A stretch of DNA of 64,000 nt from an uncultured virus (IMG/VR IMGVR_UViG_3300006217_001617) (lineage: Duplodnaviria > Heunggongvirae > Uroviricota > Caudoviricetes): IMG/VR virus record IMGVR_UViG_3300006217_001617. The stretch is one strand, 5' to 3'. A program made the position numbers and the translations under genes. The notes under the pieces were generated by a model that did not search any database, had not been told where the DNA came from, and was given only the letters and a program-made list of their open reading frames with translations. This document shows, one piece after another, positions 26,618 through 36,090 of this stretch (positions are counted from its first letter, which is position 1; each line of letters begins with the position of its first letter).

Positions 26618-28265
26618 TATACATAAAATCGTCCAAATGCTTGACGTACATCACCCATGCGTTGAGCAGGGAAACCGTACCGTCAATGCGGCGCTTTTCG
26701 CTGATTTTCACGGGCTGAATATTATTGATACCCGACTTTTTAATCCCCGTGTTGGTCAGGCACCAGGTGAGAACCGGGTTGCAGTTATAATTGACGGTAT
26801 GGGCGTCCAGCGCCGCGCCCATCTCGCGCATGGGCTGGCTCCAGGTGTAAGGGCCCTGCGCGACGGCCTCCATCAGGAAGCCGTTGGCGGCCATCTCGTC
26901 TACCCAATAACCGGCAAGCGCACGGTCGTAACCCACCCAAAGCGCGTCTATGGCGTACTCGTCGCGCGCCTGGCAAAACCACTCTGTCACCTCGGTATAA
27001 TTGACGCGGTTGCCTTCGCAGATGGTCAGCAGGCCGCGCTCTGCCCAAACCCGGTAAGGGGCTTCCCCCTTGCCGCCGCTCTGGCGCTCGATATCGCCGA
27101 CGCGCTTTTCCGGGATAAAATAATGCTGAAGCACGTAGACAATGGGGTCGTTCGGCTTGCGGATCAGCAAGGTTGCGCAGGTCAGGTCAGTTGTCGCCGA
27201 CAGGTCACAGCCGCCGAGCGCGTAGGTGTCGCGGATATCGTCCATCGTAAAATGGAGGTCGTTTTTAATCGACTCATACGACAGCCACACCTCTGCCGCA
27301 ACTTCGCGGATGTTGAAATCTTTGCAAAGGACGCCGGGGAGGTCGGCCACGCTGTTTTTAGCTCGCTCCACAAACCCCGCAAGGGTTTTGTATCGCTTGA
27401 TAGGGCCAAGCCCCGGATTTGCTTTCTGCCACGCGGACGGGTCCGTCCACTCGTCGCGCCTGTCCAGCTCGTAGAGCACCGGAAGGAAGGTCGGCTCGTC
27501 GATTGAGCCGTCCGCGATGCCCGCGGCAAGCTCGTACATCTCGTCAAACACGCTTTCTCGCACCGTGCCCGCCGTCGTAATCATGACAACAAGCGGCTGG
27601 CGGCGGCTGGAGGTGGACTGCTTCATGACCTCGTACAAATTCCGGTCCTTGATGGCGTGCAGCTCGTCGATAATTACCGCGTGAGAGTTGAGACCGTCCA
27701 GGGTGTTTGAGTCCGACGCAAGCGCTTCCATGGTGGAGGCCGTCATCGGGAAATAGAGGTCGTTCCGGCGCTTTTTCAGTACCGCCCGCAGGTCGGGGGA
27801 TTGGCTCACCATGTTAACCGCTTCCGTCAGCGTTTTCTTGGCCTGGTCGCGTTTGGTCGCCACGCTGTAGATTTCCGCCGCGCCTTCACGGTCTGAGGTC
27901 AGCAGGTACAGGGCGATGCTGGACATCAGCGTTGTTTTGCCGTTTTTACGCCCCACAAGCAACATAGTTTCCCGGAAGCGGCGGTAGCCTGTATCTCGCT
28001 CCAAAAAGCCGAACAACGCCTGAATAAACGCCTTTTGAAACAGCTCCAGCACCATCGGCGCGCCGAGCAGGCCCTGGGACTGCTTGCAAAAGCGCTCGAT
28101 AAACTCGATGGGACGCTCCCCGGCCGCCTCGTCGAACACGTAGGGGGATGCCGGGTCCGTCGCGCGGATTTCCTGCGCGAGCCGCCCATAGACCGCGCGC
28201 ACCCGCCGCCCGACCACGACTTCGCCGCGCTCTATCGCGTCCCAGTAGGCAAGAACCCAATTCAT
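26607..28265 (-). CDS. terL: Terminase large subunit
   Basis: GRKNGKT Walker A, IIDELH Walker B, ITTAG, DLSATTDLT, RIDG. Confidence 0.96.
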   Translation of the reverse strand: MNWVLAYWDAIERGEVVVGRRVRAVYGRLAQEIRATDPASPYVFDEAAGERPIEFIERFCKQSQGLLGAPMVLELFQKAFIQALFGFLERDTGYRRFRETMLLVGRKNGKTTLMSSIALYLLTSDREGAAEIYSVATKRDQAKKTLTEAVNMVSQSPDLRAVLKKRRNDLYFPMTASTMEALASDSNTLDGLNSHAVIIDELHAIKDRNLYEVMKQSTSSRRQPLVVMITTAGTVRESVFDEMYELAAGIADGSIDEPTFLPVLYELDRRDEWTDPSAWQKANPGLGPIKRYKTLAGFVERAKNSVADLPGVLCKDFNIREVAAEVWLSYESIKNDLHFTMDDIRDTYALGGCDLSATTDLTCATLLIRKPNDPIVYVLQHYFIPEKRVGDIERQSGGKGEAPYRVWAERGLLTICEGNRVNYTEVTEWFCQARDEYAIDALWVGYDRALAGYWVDEMAANGFLMEAVAQGPYTWSQPMREMGAALDAHTVNYNCNPVLTWCLTNTGIKKSGINNIQPVKISEKRRIDGTVSLLNAWVMYVKHLDDFMYSVG

Positions 28266-28648
28266 TTCCTCACCCCCGGAGGCTTGGACATGAAGTTCAG
28301 CAGCTCCTCACCTGCCTGCTTTTGGGTTTTCTCCGGCAGCAGGTCGAGCAGCGCCTTGGACAGCGCCGTGAAAGACTTGATGGTCGTGTTGTAGCTCTTG
28401 AGCGCCGGGTTTTCCCGCCGGAGGCGCTGCGCCCCCTGCTCGAAAATTTCTATCAAATCGCCGGAGTTGATTTCCTCAACCAGCCGTTCCAGTGTGACCG
28501 TGGAAACGGCAAACTGGTAGATCAGCCCGTCCGCAAACTGCGCCTTTTCCGGCGGCAGCTCACGGAAAAGCTTTTTGATTTTTTTCTCTTTCGCCTTGAT
28601 TTTGTCGGGAGTTTCAAGGCTTTCATAGGATTTTTTTCGAGTTGCCAT
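28262..28648 (-). CDS. terS: Terminase small subunit (P27-like)
   Basis: AAAGGAGG RBS; RENPALKSY motif; overlaps the terL start. Confidence 0.82.
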   Translation of the reverse strand: MATRKKSYESLETPDKIKAKEKKIKKLFRELPPEKAQFADGLIYQFAVSTVTLERLVEEINSGDLIEIFEQGAQRLRRENPALKSYNTTIKSFTALSKALLDLLPEKTQKQAGEELLNFMSKPPGVRK

Positions 28649-28659
28649 AATTAGTACGG

Positions 28660-28930
28660 ACCTCCTTTCCGCAGGATGTGCCCCCCCCTCCCAGGCGCAC
28701 CCCCGGGGAGTCCCAGACGGGAATGGGCAGCGGTTCGCCGCCGCCGCGTGCGGGGGTCGAAGGTGGGGGGGATTTGCGCGGCGAACCGGCGCGGCCATCG
28801 AAAGTGCAGCCGTGTTTCGCGTGCGAGCGTCGGCGCTTCCGCATCGCGCAGCGCCGAGCTGCCGCGCGGCTGAGGGCACGGGTGCGGGCTGGGCGCGCCG
28901 TTTATTTTTTCGCAATGCAATCCGCTGCAA
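28660..28930. other. Probable cos/packaging region
   Basis: GC-rich non-coding gap with G/C runs between HNH and terS, the usual cos position in HK97-like phages; exact site not determined. Confidence 0.5.
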
Positions 28931-28933
28931 GCT

Positions 28934-29254
28934 TCAGCCGTTCGATTCGCCTGCATCCCGAAAGCCGCAGCGCTGCACAAGATTTCCATCCTGGTCAAAG
29001 GCCAAGCCTTCCGCCGTTGGCTGGCTGCGGATGTGCGCGAGTGTGTGGCAGTCTCGGCATAGGGTCTCCAAGTTGTCCTCACCAAGCGCGATGGACGGAT
29101 CGCCCAGGTTGGCAGGGGTCAAGGGCGTGCGGTGGTGCACGATCTCCCCCGGCCTGCCGCACCGGACGCACAGCCCAGCGTCGCGCTGAAAGATATATTC
29201 CCGCACCCGCCGCCACTGCGGCGAAAGATAAAACGCTTTTGCGAATTCCCGCAT
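28934..29254 (-). CDS. Packaging-associated HNH endonuclease
   Basis: FY.S..W...R...RD..LC..C...VHH...NLETLCRDCH. Confidence 0.92.
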   Translation of the reverse strand: MREFAKAFYLSPQWRRVREYIFQRDAGLCVRCGRPGEIVHHRTPLTPANLGDPSIALGEDNLETLCRDCHTLAHIRSQPTAEGLAFDQDGNLVQRCGFRDAGESNG

Positions 29255-29275
29255 GTCAGCTGCTCCTTTCGCGGA

Positions 29276-29330
29276 AAACAAAAAGAGCCGACAGCCAAAC
29301 ACATCTCGTGTGTCTGGTCAGTCGGCTCTG
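29276..29330 (-). terminator. Long hairpin terminator/attenuator upstream of the packaging operon
   Basis: AGAGCCGAC...GTCGGCTCT followed by a T-tract on the minus strand; overlaps the upstream ORF stop. Confidence 0.7.
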
Positions 29331-29497
29331 GCGCTAAGGCTCTGGCGCTCACCGTCGTAATCAACGATGGACTCATGTTTGCATTTTTTACACCACGCCG
29401 GATAAAATCGCAAGCGCGTGTTTTTCAGCAGCGGTTTGATACGTGCGCCACAGTTCGGGCAGCACAACCAGTATCTACCTTTTGGATTAGTATACAC
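29318..29497 (-). CDS. Cysteine-rich KTR-like zinc-ribbon protein
   Basis: W..CP.CG...T.L..YP.WCKKCKHES; AAAGGAGG RBS with GTG start. Confidence 0.75.
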   Translation of the reverse strand: MYTNPKGRYWLCCPNCGARIKPLLKNTRLRFYPAWCKKCKHESIVDYDGERQSLSARAD

Positions 29498-29591
29498 GCT
29501 TCCGCGCCTCCTTTCAAGGGGTCCGGGCTGATTTCTACAACCGCGTTCAGAAGATATACACGGTTCCAAGCCCGAAAAATATAAGTGGTCA

Positions 29592-30335
29592 TTATGCAGG
29601 CTTCCGCCGTCGCGTTCGATGATGGTTCAGCGCGGACTCGGGCAGAAGGTATTTCAAGTAGACAAACTCGCCGTATTCGTTGTGCTGACTGTCCCTGTCC
29701 AGCACAAACGCGCCAGGCGGCACGCTCAAGGTGAGGTCGTCCGGAATCATACAGCTCTCGACCACCGGCTTTGCCAGGTTCAGGGACGGCACCCAACACC
29801 TTTCCCCGTTTAATGTACGGTCGCCGTTGCGCGGCTCTTTGGTCAGATACTCCGCAAGGGCAAAGTATCCGTCCCGCAGGGACAGCGGCGCAAGGTCTAC
29901 GCTGCCATGCGGCCACAGGCTGCGCAGGATTTCCAAATCATCCCGCGTGCCGTTGATTACCAGATGATGGTGCACGCGCTTGTCCCCGTGCAGTCCCTCG
30001 GTTACATATATGTACTTGAGGTCGCCGCCGCGCCTGCGCCGGTACTCCCGCAGCTGCCGCAAAAATTTCTTGAGCAGCTTGACAGCATCCGGGCGCGTTT
30101 CCGGGAGCGCGTCGTCATGATAGTCGAGCGACAGCACCAAATCGCCGGGGCCAAAGTTGGCGGCAAGCGCCAGTTCAAGCTTTTGCGCCGAGCGTTTCAG
30201 GTTCATCCGCTGGCGCGCGGCGGATGAGCACTTCCGCTTTTCCCGCCGGACATGTGGCCGGTCTGACGGGTATGACATGGTATAGGCGCAGGTCAGCACC
30301 AAACGGCCCGCGCGGATGGTTTTTCGTCGCTTCAT
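29592..30335 (-). CDS. HUH-superfamily Rep-like protein
   Basis: LSLDY (motif I-like), YIYVTE...RVHHHLVI (HUH), LAEYLTKE (catalytic Tyr motif). Confidence 0.75.
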   Translation of the reverse strand: MKRRKTIRAGRLVLTCAYTMSYPSDRPHVRREKRKCSSAARQRMNLKRSAQKLELALAANFGPGDLVLSLDYHDDALPETRPDAVKLLKKFLRQLREYRRRRGGDLKYIYVTEGLHGDKRVHHHLVINGTRDDLEILRSLWPHGSVDLAPLSLRDGYFALAEYLTKEPRNGDRTLNGERCWVPSLNLAKPVVESCMIPDDLTLSVPPGAFVLDRDSQHNEYGEFVYLKYLLPESALNHHRTRRRKPA

Positions 30336-30487
30336 AGCGCACTCCCTTCCTTGTTGTATAGAGAAGAGCCGGGGCGTAAGCCCCGACCCATCGTCTTACT
30401 ATTATTTATCGTATCACAACTTTCCGGAAATATCCGCAGTAAAAATACAATTTCATCGATTTGCATAATTATGAGGGCGCGCGTTTG

Positions 30488-30898
30488 TTAAAAAGGCACA
30501 GTCCCTTCGTCCTCTTCGTCGGTCAGCTCGGTGAAATCCGGCGGCACGCCCGGCGCGCTGGCCGGGGCTTTCGCGTTCGACTCCCGCGCGCGCTTGGTCT
30601 CCCCGAAATTCACTTCATCGGCCTGCACCTCAATCGATACGCGTTTGTTTCCGTGCTTGTCCTCCCACTTGCGGGAGCGCAGGCTGCCGATCACGATGAC
30701 AAGGCAGCCCTTTTCCAGCCAATTCGTGCACCAGTCGGCGCGCTTGCCCCACACAACAACGTCGATGTAATCGGTTTTCTTTTCACCCTTGGCCGGGCGG
30801 TCAAGGGCAACCGTGAAGTTTACAACGGATTCGTCGTTATATCGCCGCAGTTCCGGATCGCGAACCAGGCGGCCCATTAAAATCACTTTGTTCAGCAT
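30488..30898 (-). CDS. ssb: Single-stranded DNA-binding protein
   Basis: NKVILMGRLVRDPELR start; acidic tail ending VPF. Confidence 0.95.
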   Translation of the reverse strand: MLNKVILMGRLVRDPELRRYNDESVVNFTVALDRPAKGEKKTDYIDVVVWGKRADWCTNWLEKGCLVIVIGSLRSRKWEDKHGNKRVSIEVQADEVNFGETKRARESNAKAPASAPGVPPDFTELTDEEDEGTVPF

Positions 30899-30902
30899 CG
30901 TT

Positions 30903-31853
30903 TCACCCTCCGATTGCAAGCGCGTTCTGCTGCAGGAATTCCGCGATCACGTCAGAAAACTTGTCTGCCGCCTCCGGCTGATCGCCGCGAAGGTCATTCA
31001 GCGCCGACCGGATTGCCGCAACCTTTGTCTGTACATCCTCAAAACAGAGGCTTACCCGGAGCGCCGCCGGGTTTTTTGCCTTTTCCAGCCGCGCCGCCGC
31101 TTCTGCCGCGCGTTCCTCCGCCGCCTTCAGGGCTTCCGCCTGTTCGGCGCGGACTTCCTCGCGGATACGTTCCAGCGTTTCCTCATCCGGGACAACCTCG
31201 GCGGGGATGGGTTCGGCCTTGGCGGCTTCCTCCAATTCGCGGAGTTTTTTCGCGAGCTCGGCGCGTTCGTTCTCCGCTTTACGGCGGGCTTTGGCGTCCC
31301 GGCCTGCGGCCTCGTTGGCTTCCTTTAGCCCAGCCTCTGCCTTTCTTATCTTTTCTTTGGCGTTTTTCAGCTTGAGATCTACCGCGTCGGCGGTATTCTT
31401 CCACTTTTCCACATCCGCCTGCGCGGATTCGGCAAGTTTCCGAGCTTCGTCGCGCTCCTTCATGACCTTTTCCAGCTCGCGCTTGCTCATTTCCTGCACG
31501 GTTTTTTCTTCGCCGTCCACCTCGTGCGGCTGCTCGATAAATTCCTCGCGTTCCCCTTCCGGCAACTGCAACAAAAGCAGCGCCTTTGACAGCCCCAAAT
31601 CCGCAACCGGCTGCGGATTTGAGTACTCCCGCGCCACCCGCATGAAGTTCTGTGCCGCCCTTTCGGAAAACTCGACCTTTTCAGAAAGCCATGAAGCCCA
31701 CTGCCCATGCGGCAGCAGCTCCTTTGCCTGGATCAGCCGCCGCCCGATCTCGACGATGCACGCCCCGGCCTGCTGTTTATAGACCTGGATTTCGGCGGTC
31801 AGCGTTTCGATTTCGGCGGGAAGCTGGCTTTGCATTGCGTCTATGTAATTCAT
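30903..31853 (-). CDS. DUF3102-domain coiled-coil protein
   Basis: EIGRRLIQAKELLPHGQW..WL...FSERAAQNFMR. Confidence 0.85.
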   Translation of the reverse strand: MNYIDAMQSQLPAEIETLTAEIQVYKQQAGACIVEIGRRLIQAKELLPHGQWASWLSEKVEFSERAAQNFMRVAREYSNPQPVADLGLSKALLLLQLPEGEREEFIEQPHEVDGEEKTVQEMSKRELEKVMKERDEARKLAESAQADVEKWKNTADAVDLKLKNAKEKIRKAEAGLKEANEAAGRDAKARRKAENERAELAKKLRELEEAAKAEPIPAEVVPDEETLERIREEVRAEQAEALKAAEERAAEAAARLEKAKNPAALRVSLCFEDVQTKVAAIRSALNDLRGDQPEAADKFSDVIAEFLQQNALAIGG

Positions 31854-33412
31854 CCTGCATCCCTCGCAAACTTAATAGATTTCAGACGATTTACCCATAA
31901 TTTGATAAATTCACGGGCTTCCGGCTCCGCGTCGGCGTTATGGTATCCACGGCACTGTACCACATCAAGCGTCCCGGGGTTCAGTTCCACGGTATGCCAG
32001 CTTTCGCGGGGCGCGTCCATCCGCCGTAGCACGCAAATAATCGTTTTGCCGTCGGCATGCCGCCGGGCGTAGCCTGCAACGCAGTTTTCCTGACGTTCGC
32101 CTTCGAGGTTGATTTCGTTCACGGAATCAATCGGACGAATCAGCATCCCGTCATGCCGCCAGCACAGCCATCGGTACAGATGCCGCCGCATCCGGAACCG
32201 GGTGTTTAATTCCAGATCCTGGACCATCCGCAGCCGGGCGCTTAACCTTGCGTGCGCTTCCCACAGGTCGGGCGGCATGATGTTCCCGCCGCCGACCTGA
32301 TCCAGCTGCCCGAGATAATCCCCGTAATCATGCAGCACGGTACGTACTAAAATCCCGCTCCGCCGTGACTGCTTCTCGATGTACGTGCGAAGCGCCTTTC
32401 CGTCAATCCCCCGATTTGCAGCCCGCTCCATCGTGCCGCCATTGTAGTTTATAGCCTCCGCCCACTGGAAACCCGCGCCATCGCCTGAGACAATCCCGTC
32501 CGCTTTGAGCTTTCGATAGATTTGCATCGTGCGAAGCCCCAACTGCTCGTCAGCGATTTTGCGTACCTCGTTCACCGTCAAACCGGGAAGCAGATCCCTC
32601 GGTCGTTTGGCGCGAAGATTGAAAGCCTTGCGCAGCTCGAAGCGATGGCCTTTCATCAGCGCGTCCCACAGCAGATAACCCAGATCAAATTTCCAGAAAT
32701 ATTCAATTATCGGGTTTTTGAGGTAGAAATCAAGATACTCCGGGATGTCAAACCCTGCCGCGATTGCCTTGTCCAGCTGACTGTATTCCAGGCAGCTCCC
32801 GGCAATCGTCTCGAGCGCAATCGGGCCGACAAAAGCCGGATAAGGTGGCATGCTGCCCATGGTATTGCGCTGCCAGACTGTTTTTGTAACCTGCTTCCGG
32901 CGTACCCATTGAGACGTGATGTCCCGTCCGAAATAATTGAGCTGGCATGTCCACTTGTACGCCTTGCCGTCCTCAAACAGGTACCTCGACACCTCGTCAT
33001 ACTCAAGCCGTTCGTCTCCCGGCTCCGGGCAAAAATTATGCGTTACGCGGTAAGCGCGCAGCCAAACCCGCCGCCCCTCGCCGCGCTGGAACTTGTAATA
33101 CAGCAGGCGGCTTTGCAGATTTACACGCCTGTCAACCCATTTTTTAGTGGTTACGTTCGCGCCGCACTCAGGGCATTTCGTCAGGGCGCTGGGCTTAAAC
33201 TCCCGGCGTTTGCTCCGGAACATACCCTGCCGGCAGGATGTGCAGTACAGATCCCACATGTTTTTCTCGGCTTCATCGATTGACGGCCAGCCGCATTGCG
33301 GCCGATGTGTGCGATAAAACAGATAGTTGTCATCGATCAGCGGCCCATTCAGGATTTCCTCGTCCAGCGCATCAAAGTCCATTCTCGGGCAGCCTTCAAA
33401 AAGCTCGTCCAT
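31850..33412 (-). CDS. PcfJ-like protein
   Basis: DY.DY...P.DL..AH...EG..Q.NCV.GY...T.E...QCRG..N motif. Confidence 0.85.
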   Translation of the reverse strand: MDELFEGCPRMDFDALDEEILNGPLIDDNYLFYRTHRPQCGWPSIDEAEKNMWDLYCTSCRQGMFRSKRREFKPSALTKCPECGANVTTKKWVDRRVNLQSRLLYYKFQRGEGRRVWLRAYRVTHNFCPEPGDERLEYDEVSRYLFEDGKAYKWTCQLNYFGRDITSQWVRRKQVTKTVWQRNTMGSMPPYPAFVGPIALETIAGSCLEYSQLDKAIAAGFDIPEYLDFYLKNPIIEYFWKFDLGYLLWDALMKGHRFELRKAFNLRAKRPRDLLPGLTVNEVRKIADEQLGLRTMQIYRKLKADGIVSGDGAGFQWAEAINYNGGTMERAANRGIDGKALRTYIEKQSRRSGILVRTVLHDYGDYLGQLDQVGGGNIMPPDLWEAHARLSARLRMVQDLELNTRFRMRRHLYRWLCWRHDGMLIRPIDSVNEINLEGERQENCVAGYARRHADGKTIICVLRRMDAPRESWHTVELNPGTLDVVQCRGYHNADAEPEAREFIKLWVNRLKSIKFARDAG

Positions 33413-33420
33413 GACGCACC

Positions 33421-33774
33421 TCACAGCAGGTCAAGCAGGTCAATCTTGCCGCCTGACGCTTTTGCCGGTTCGGGCGCAGCGCCGCCGGTCAGCCAATCGC
33501 CCGGAATTTTGTAAAAGTCCAGGATCACCTTGACGGCCTCGTTTTTCGGGTCAATCCCGAACACTGCGCATGACCAACGACTGTTTTTCTGGTGCTTTCG
33601 CGCATATTCCGTCAGTGCGTCGGCGCATTTGTCCAGTGACATTTCCGGGTTTGCAAGGTCTTCCTCGATCAGCTGCGCGGCCTGCGGGCTGATCCTGCCA
33701 ATCTCCCGCAGTATCTCTCCGATGGTGCGGGCGCAATCGCTTGCCGTTTCTATTGCTTTTTCTAAAATTTCCAT
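33421..33774 (-). CDS. PcfK-like protein
   Basis: SL..C...YARK...DFY pattern and IDLLDLL tail; directly upstream of PcfJ-like gene. Confidence 0.6.
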   Translation of the reverse strand: MEILEKAIETASDCARTIGEILREIGRISPQAAQLIEEDLANPEMSLDKCADALTEYARKHQKNSRWSCAVFGIDPKNEAVKVILDFYKIPGDWLTGGAAPEPAKASGGKIDLLDLL

Positions 33775-33817
33775 TTTTTAATCCTCGTCTTGTCTGTAAC
33801 TGTGGTGTGTATCGGTT

Positions 33818-35158
33818 TTAGCGTCCGCCGTCGCCGTCCAGCGACATTTGCGGGTTTGGCTCCGGTTCCGGTTTCGATTTCGGCGTGTAATGCTCTTTTT
33901 GTGCCGGTACGTCCGGTATATCTAAGTATTCCGTAAGCTGCTGGTGCTTTCCGTCAAAGAAAAGTACGATTTTTCCCAAACCGCCCTCTTTGTTTTTCAC
34001 GACTTGGAGCAGGCGGTCAGTCGTGGGCGGCTCATCGTCTTTTGGTATTTTGATTGACAGCATCATGACGATATCTGCGTCCTGTTCAATCTGTCCGGAC
34101 TCCCGCAAATCACTGAGCGTCGGGTCTGCTTTGACGCCCTTCGGAGCGCGGCTCAGCTGCGCCAGGGCAATGACGAGCACATTGTGCCGCTGGGCCAGCG
34201 TATGCAGCGCCCGCGACACCGCGCCGACCTCTTCCGTCCGGTTGCCGGGCTTGGCGCGTTCCAGACGCACCAGCTGCAGATAGTCTACGAAAATCACCTG
34301 ATAGCGCTTTCTGAGCGTTTCGGTTTGTATCTTCTCCACCGTGTAGCCGCCCGCACGGATCACGTCAAGCGACTGCCGCAGGAAGCGGCGTTTGTGATAG
34401 GCAAGCGCCGCGTGGTCATCCGCCGTCATCGTGTGGCGCTTGATGCTGCCGAAATCGATCGGTATCGCCTGCGAGAAAAACCGGTCGTAGATTTTGCCGG
34501 GGCTTGTCTCAAGGCTGAAATACCCGACACGGTATGTCTGGGACAGCACGTCCGCCATCTGCACGGACAGCAGCGTCTTGCCCGCTGAGGGACGCCCGCC
34601 GATCACGACAAAGTCCCCGAGTGAGGCGTATAATTTCCGGTCCAGCTTGTCAATACCGAATTCGATGTATTTCACCGGCTCGCTTTGCCGGGTGAGGAAA
34701 TCCAGCGTCCCCTGCGCAATGCTCACGATATCGCCGCTTTCCATGTCGCTGGCGTCCTCCTGCGCCTCCGACAGCACCGCGCGTGCTTCGTCGAGCGTGG
34801 CCGCCTGCACCAGCCGCTCCCCGGCCTGCTGCAAGCGGTACAGCCGCGCCTGCTCCCGCAGCAGCCTGGCGTACTCCCGCCAATTGGCGGAGGTCGGCGT
34901 GATCTCGATCAGGTCGCCCAAAAATTTGCGGGTTTCCGCGCCGCCGCCCATCCGGTCGAGCACGGTCACAGGGTCAACCGCCCGGCCCTCCAGAAACAGC
35001 GACCGCGCCGCCTCGTATACGCTCCGGTAATCGGCGGTTACCAGGTCGCGCGCCGAAGTCTCGGCAAACAGCTCCCCGCAAATCTGCGGGTCGATTAACA
35101 GCGCGCCAATCACCGCGCCCTGTGTTGACAAAACAGCCTTACTTGCAGTCATCACCAA
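33818..35158 (-). CDS. dnaB: DnaB-like replicative helicase
   Basis: GGRPSAGKT, FVDYLQL, LAQLSR, DLRESGQIEQDAD. Confidence 0.96.
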   Translation of the reverse strand: MVMTASKAVLSTQGAVIGALLIDPQICGELFAETSARDLVTADYRSVYEAARSLFLEGRAVDPVTVLDRMGGGAETRKFLGDLIEITPTSANWREYARLLREQARLYRLQQAGERLVQAATLDEARAVLSEAQEDASDMESGDIVSIAQGTLDFLTRQSEPVKYIEFGIDKLDRKLYASLGDFVVIGGRPSAGKTLLSVQMADVLSQTYRVGYFSLETSPGKIYDRFFSQAIPIDFGSIKRHTMTADDHAALAYHKRRFLRQSLDVIRAGGYTVEKIQTETLRKRYQVIFVDYLQLVRLERAKPGNRTEEVGAVSRALHTLAQRHNVLVIALAQLSRAPKGVKADPTLSDLRESGQIEQDADIVMMLSIKIPKDDEPPTTDRLLQVVKNKEGGLGKIVLFFDGKHQQLTEYLDIPDVPAQKEHYTPKSKPEPEPNPQMSLDGDGGR

Positions 35159-36018
35159 TCCTCCAGTTCTGATCTGCCGACCGAAGACGGCGCGGGCTCT
35201 TTGGGCGGGTAAACGGTATCCCAGCAGTGCAGGATGGACGTTTCCAGCATTTCCAGCTTTCGCGCCCGGCTGCCGCCTGAGTGTTTTTCCAAGGCGTTCA
35301 GCAGCATTTTTTTGGCGCGGTCGCTCATGGGCTTTTTGCGCTGCCGCCGCAGCTTTTCAAAATCACAAAGCGCTTGCAGCAGCTCCCCGTCGTCCCCAGC
35401 GTAATCCCGCCAGATACCGCCCCCACGCGTGGGGGCTATGGGGGTATTTGTTATATCTTGTATTGTTAATCCTTTTAATACCTCCCGATTTTTCGGGGGA
35501 GGGTCACCCGAATTTTCGGGGGAGGTATCCCGATTTTTCGGGGTAGGGTCCCCCGATTTTTCGGGGGAGGTATCCATGCTTTTCGGGGGGAGCGCGCACG
35601 CTGTATGCTGCAAAACAGCCTTTTTGGGCGTATCTGCAAGCGTTTCCGACATTTCAGGATGCAAATCCGGAATACCGTCTGCGGGGGTATCCCGATTTTT
35701 CGGGGCAGGGTACAGGGATTCACCTTCCTCCGGCGCGTCCGGCAGCCAGATACGCCGCCCGGATACCTGTCCTTTTGTGTCTCTTAATACTTCAAGTTTC
35801 AGATATCCGCGTGCAACAAGCTGCCCTATCAGCTCCGATACTGTCTTTTTTGTTATTTTATAAAGTGTTGAAAAATAATCATTCTGCGCAGTGCAGAAGC
35901 CGCTTTTGCTGCACAGCGCCGTGATTTCGGCATAGAGCAGCTTTGCGTTTGGGCGCAGCCGCTCGTCGTAGCGTACATTCGCCGGTAGTATCGCGTAAAA
36001 ATTTGGTTTTTCGGCCAT
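35152..36018 (-). CDS. Phage replication initiator (replisome organizer, N-terminal wHTH)
   Basis: YAILPANVRYD..L...AKLLYAEITAL...G.C.A.N.YF; internal iterons. Confidence 0.88.
   Translation of the reverse strand: MAEKPNFYAILPANVRYDERLRPNAKLLYAEITALCSKSGFCTAQNDYFSTLYKITKKTVSELIGQLVARGYLKLEVLRDTKGQVSGRRIWLPDAPEEGESLYPAPKNRDTPADGIPDLHPEMSETLADTPKKAVLQHTACALPPKSMDTSPEKSGDPTPKNRDTSPENSGDPPPKNREVLKGLTIQDITNTPIAPTRGGGIWRDYAGDDGELLQALCDFEKLRRQRKKPMSDRAKKMLLNALEKHSGGSRARKLEMLETSILHCWDTVYPPKEPAPSSVGRSELEDW
35481..35710. repeat. Iteron array/probable phage replication origin within the initiator gene
   Basis: Five copies of CCCGAWTTTTCGGGG-like units at ~21-22 bp spacing (35484-35590) plus one near 35691; AT-rich stretch adjacent at 35445-35480. 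Confidence 0.8.
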
Positions 36019-36090
36019 TTGATACACCTCCTGATTTCGATGGTACCACATCCCCGCGAGATTGTCGTCTGCGGGGATGTGGACTGACCG

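Noticed and set aside
28660..28930. GC-rich stretch as a ncRNA or as an N-terminal extension of terS
   Set aside because: The position matches a cos region, terS has a strong RBS at 28648, and I recognised no RNA family.
33421..33774. PcfK-like gene as a functional anti-CRISPR
   Set aside because: It sits in the usual PcfK-PcfJ replication-module context; family resemblance alone is not enough.
35481..35710. Short regularly spaced repeats resembling a CRISPR array
   Set aside because: Period is only ~21-22 bp with no unique spacers, they lie inside the initiator gene, and there are no cas genes. They fit iterons.
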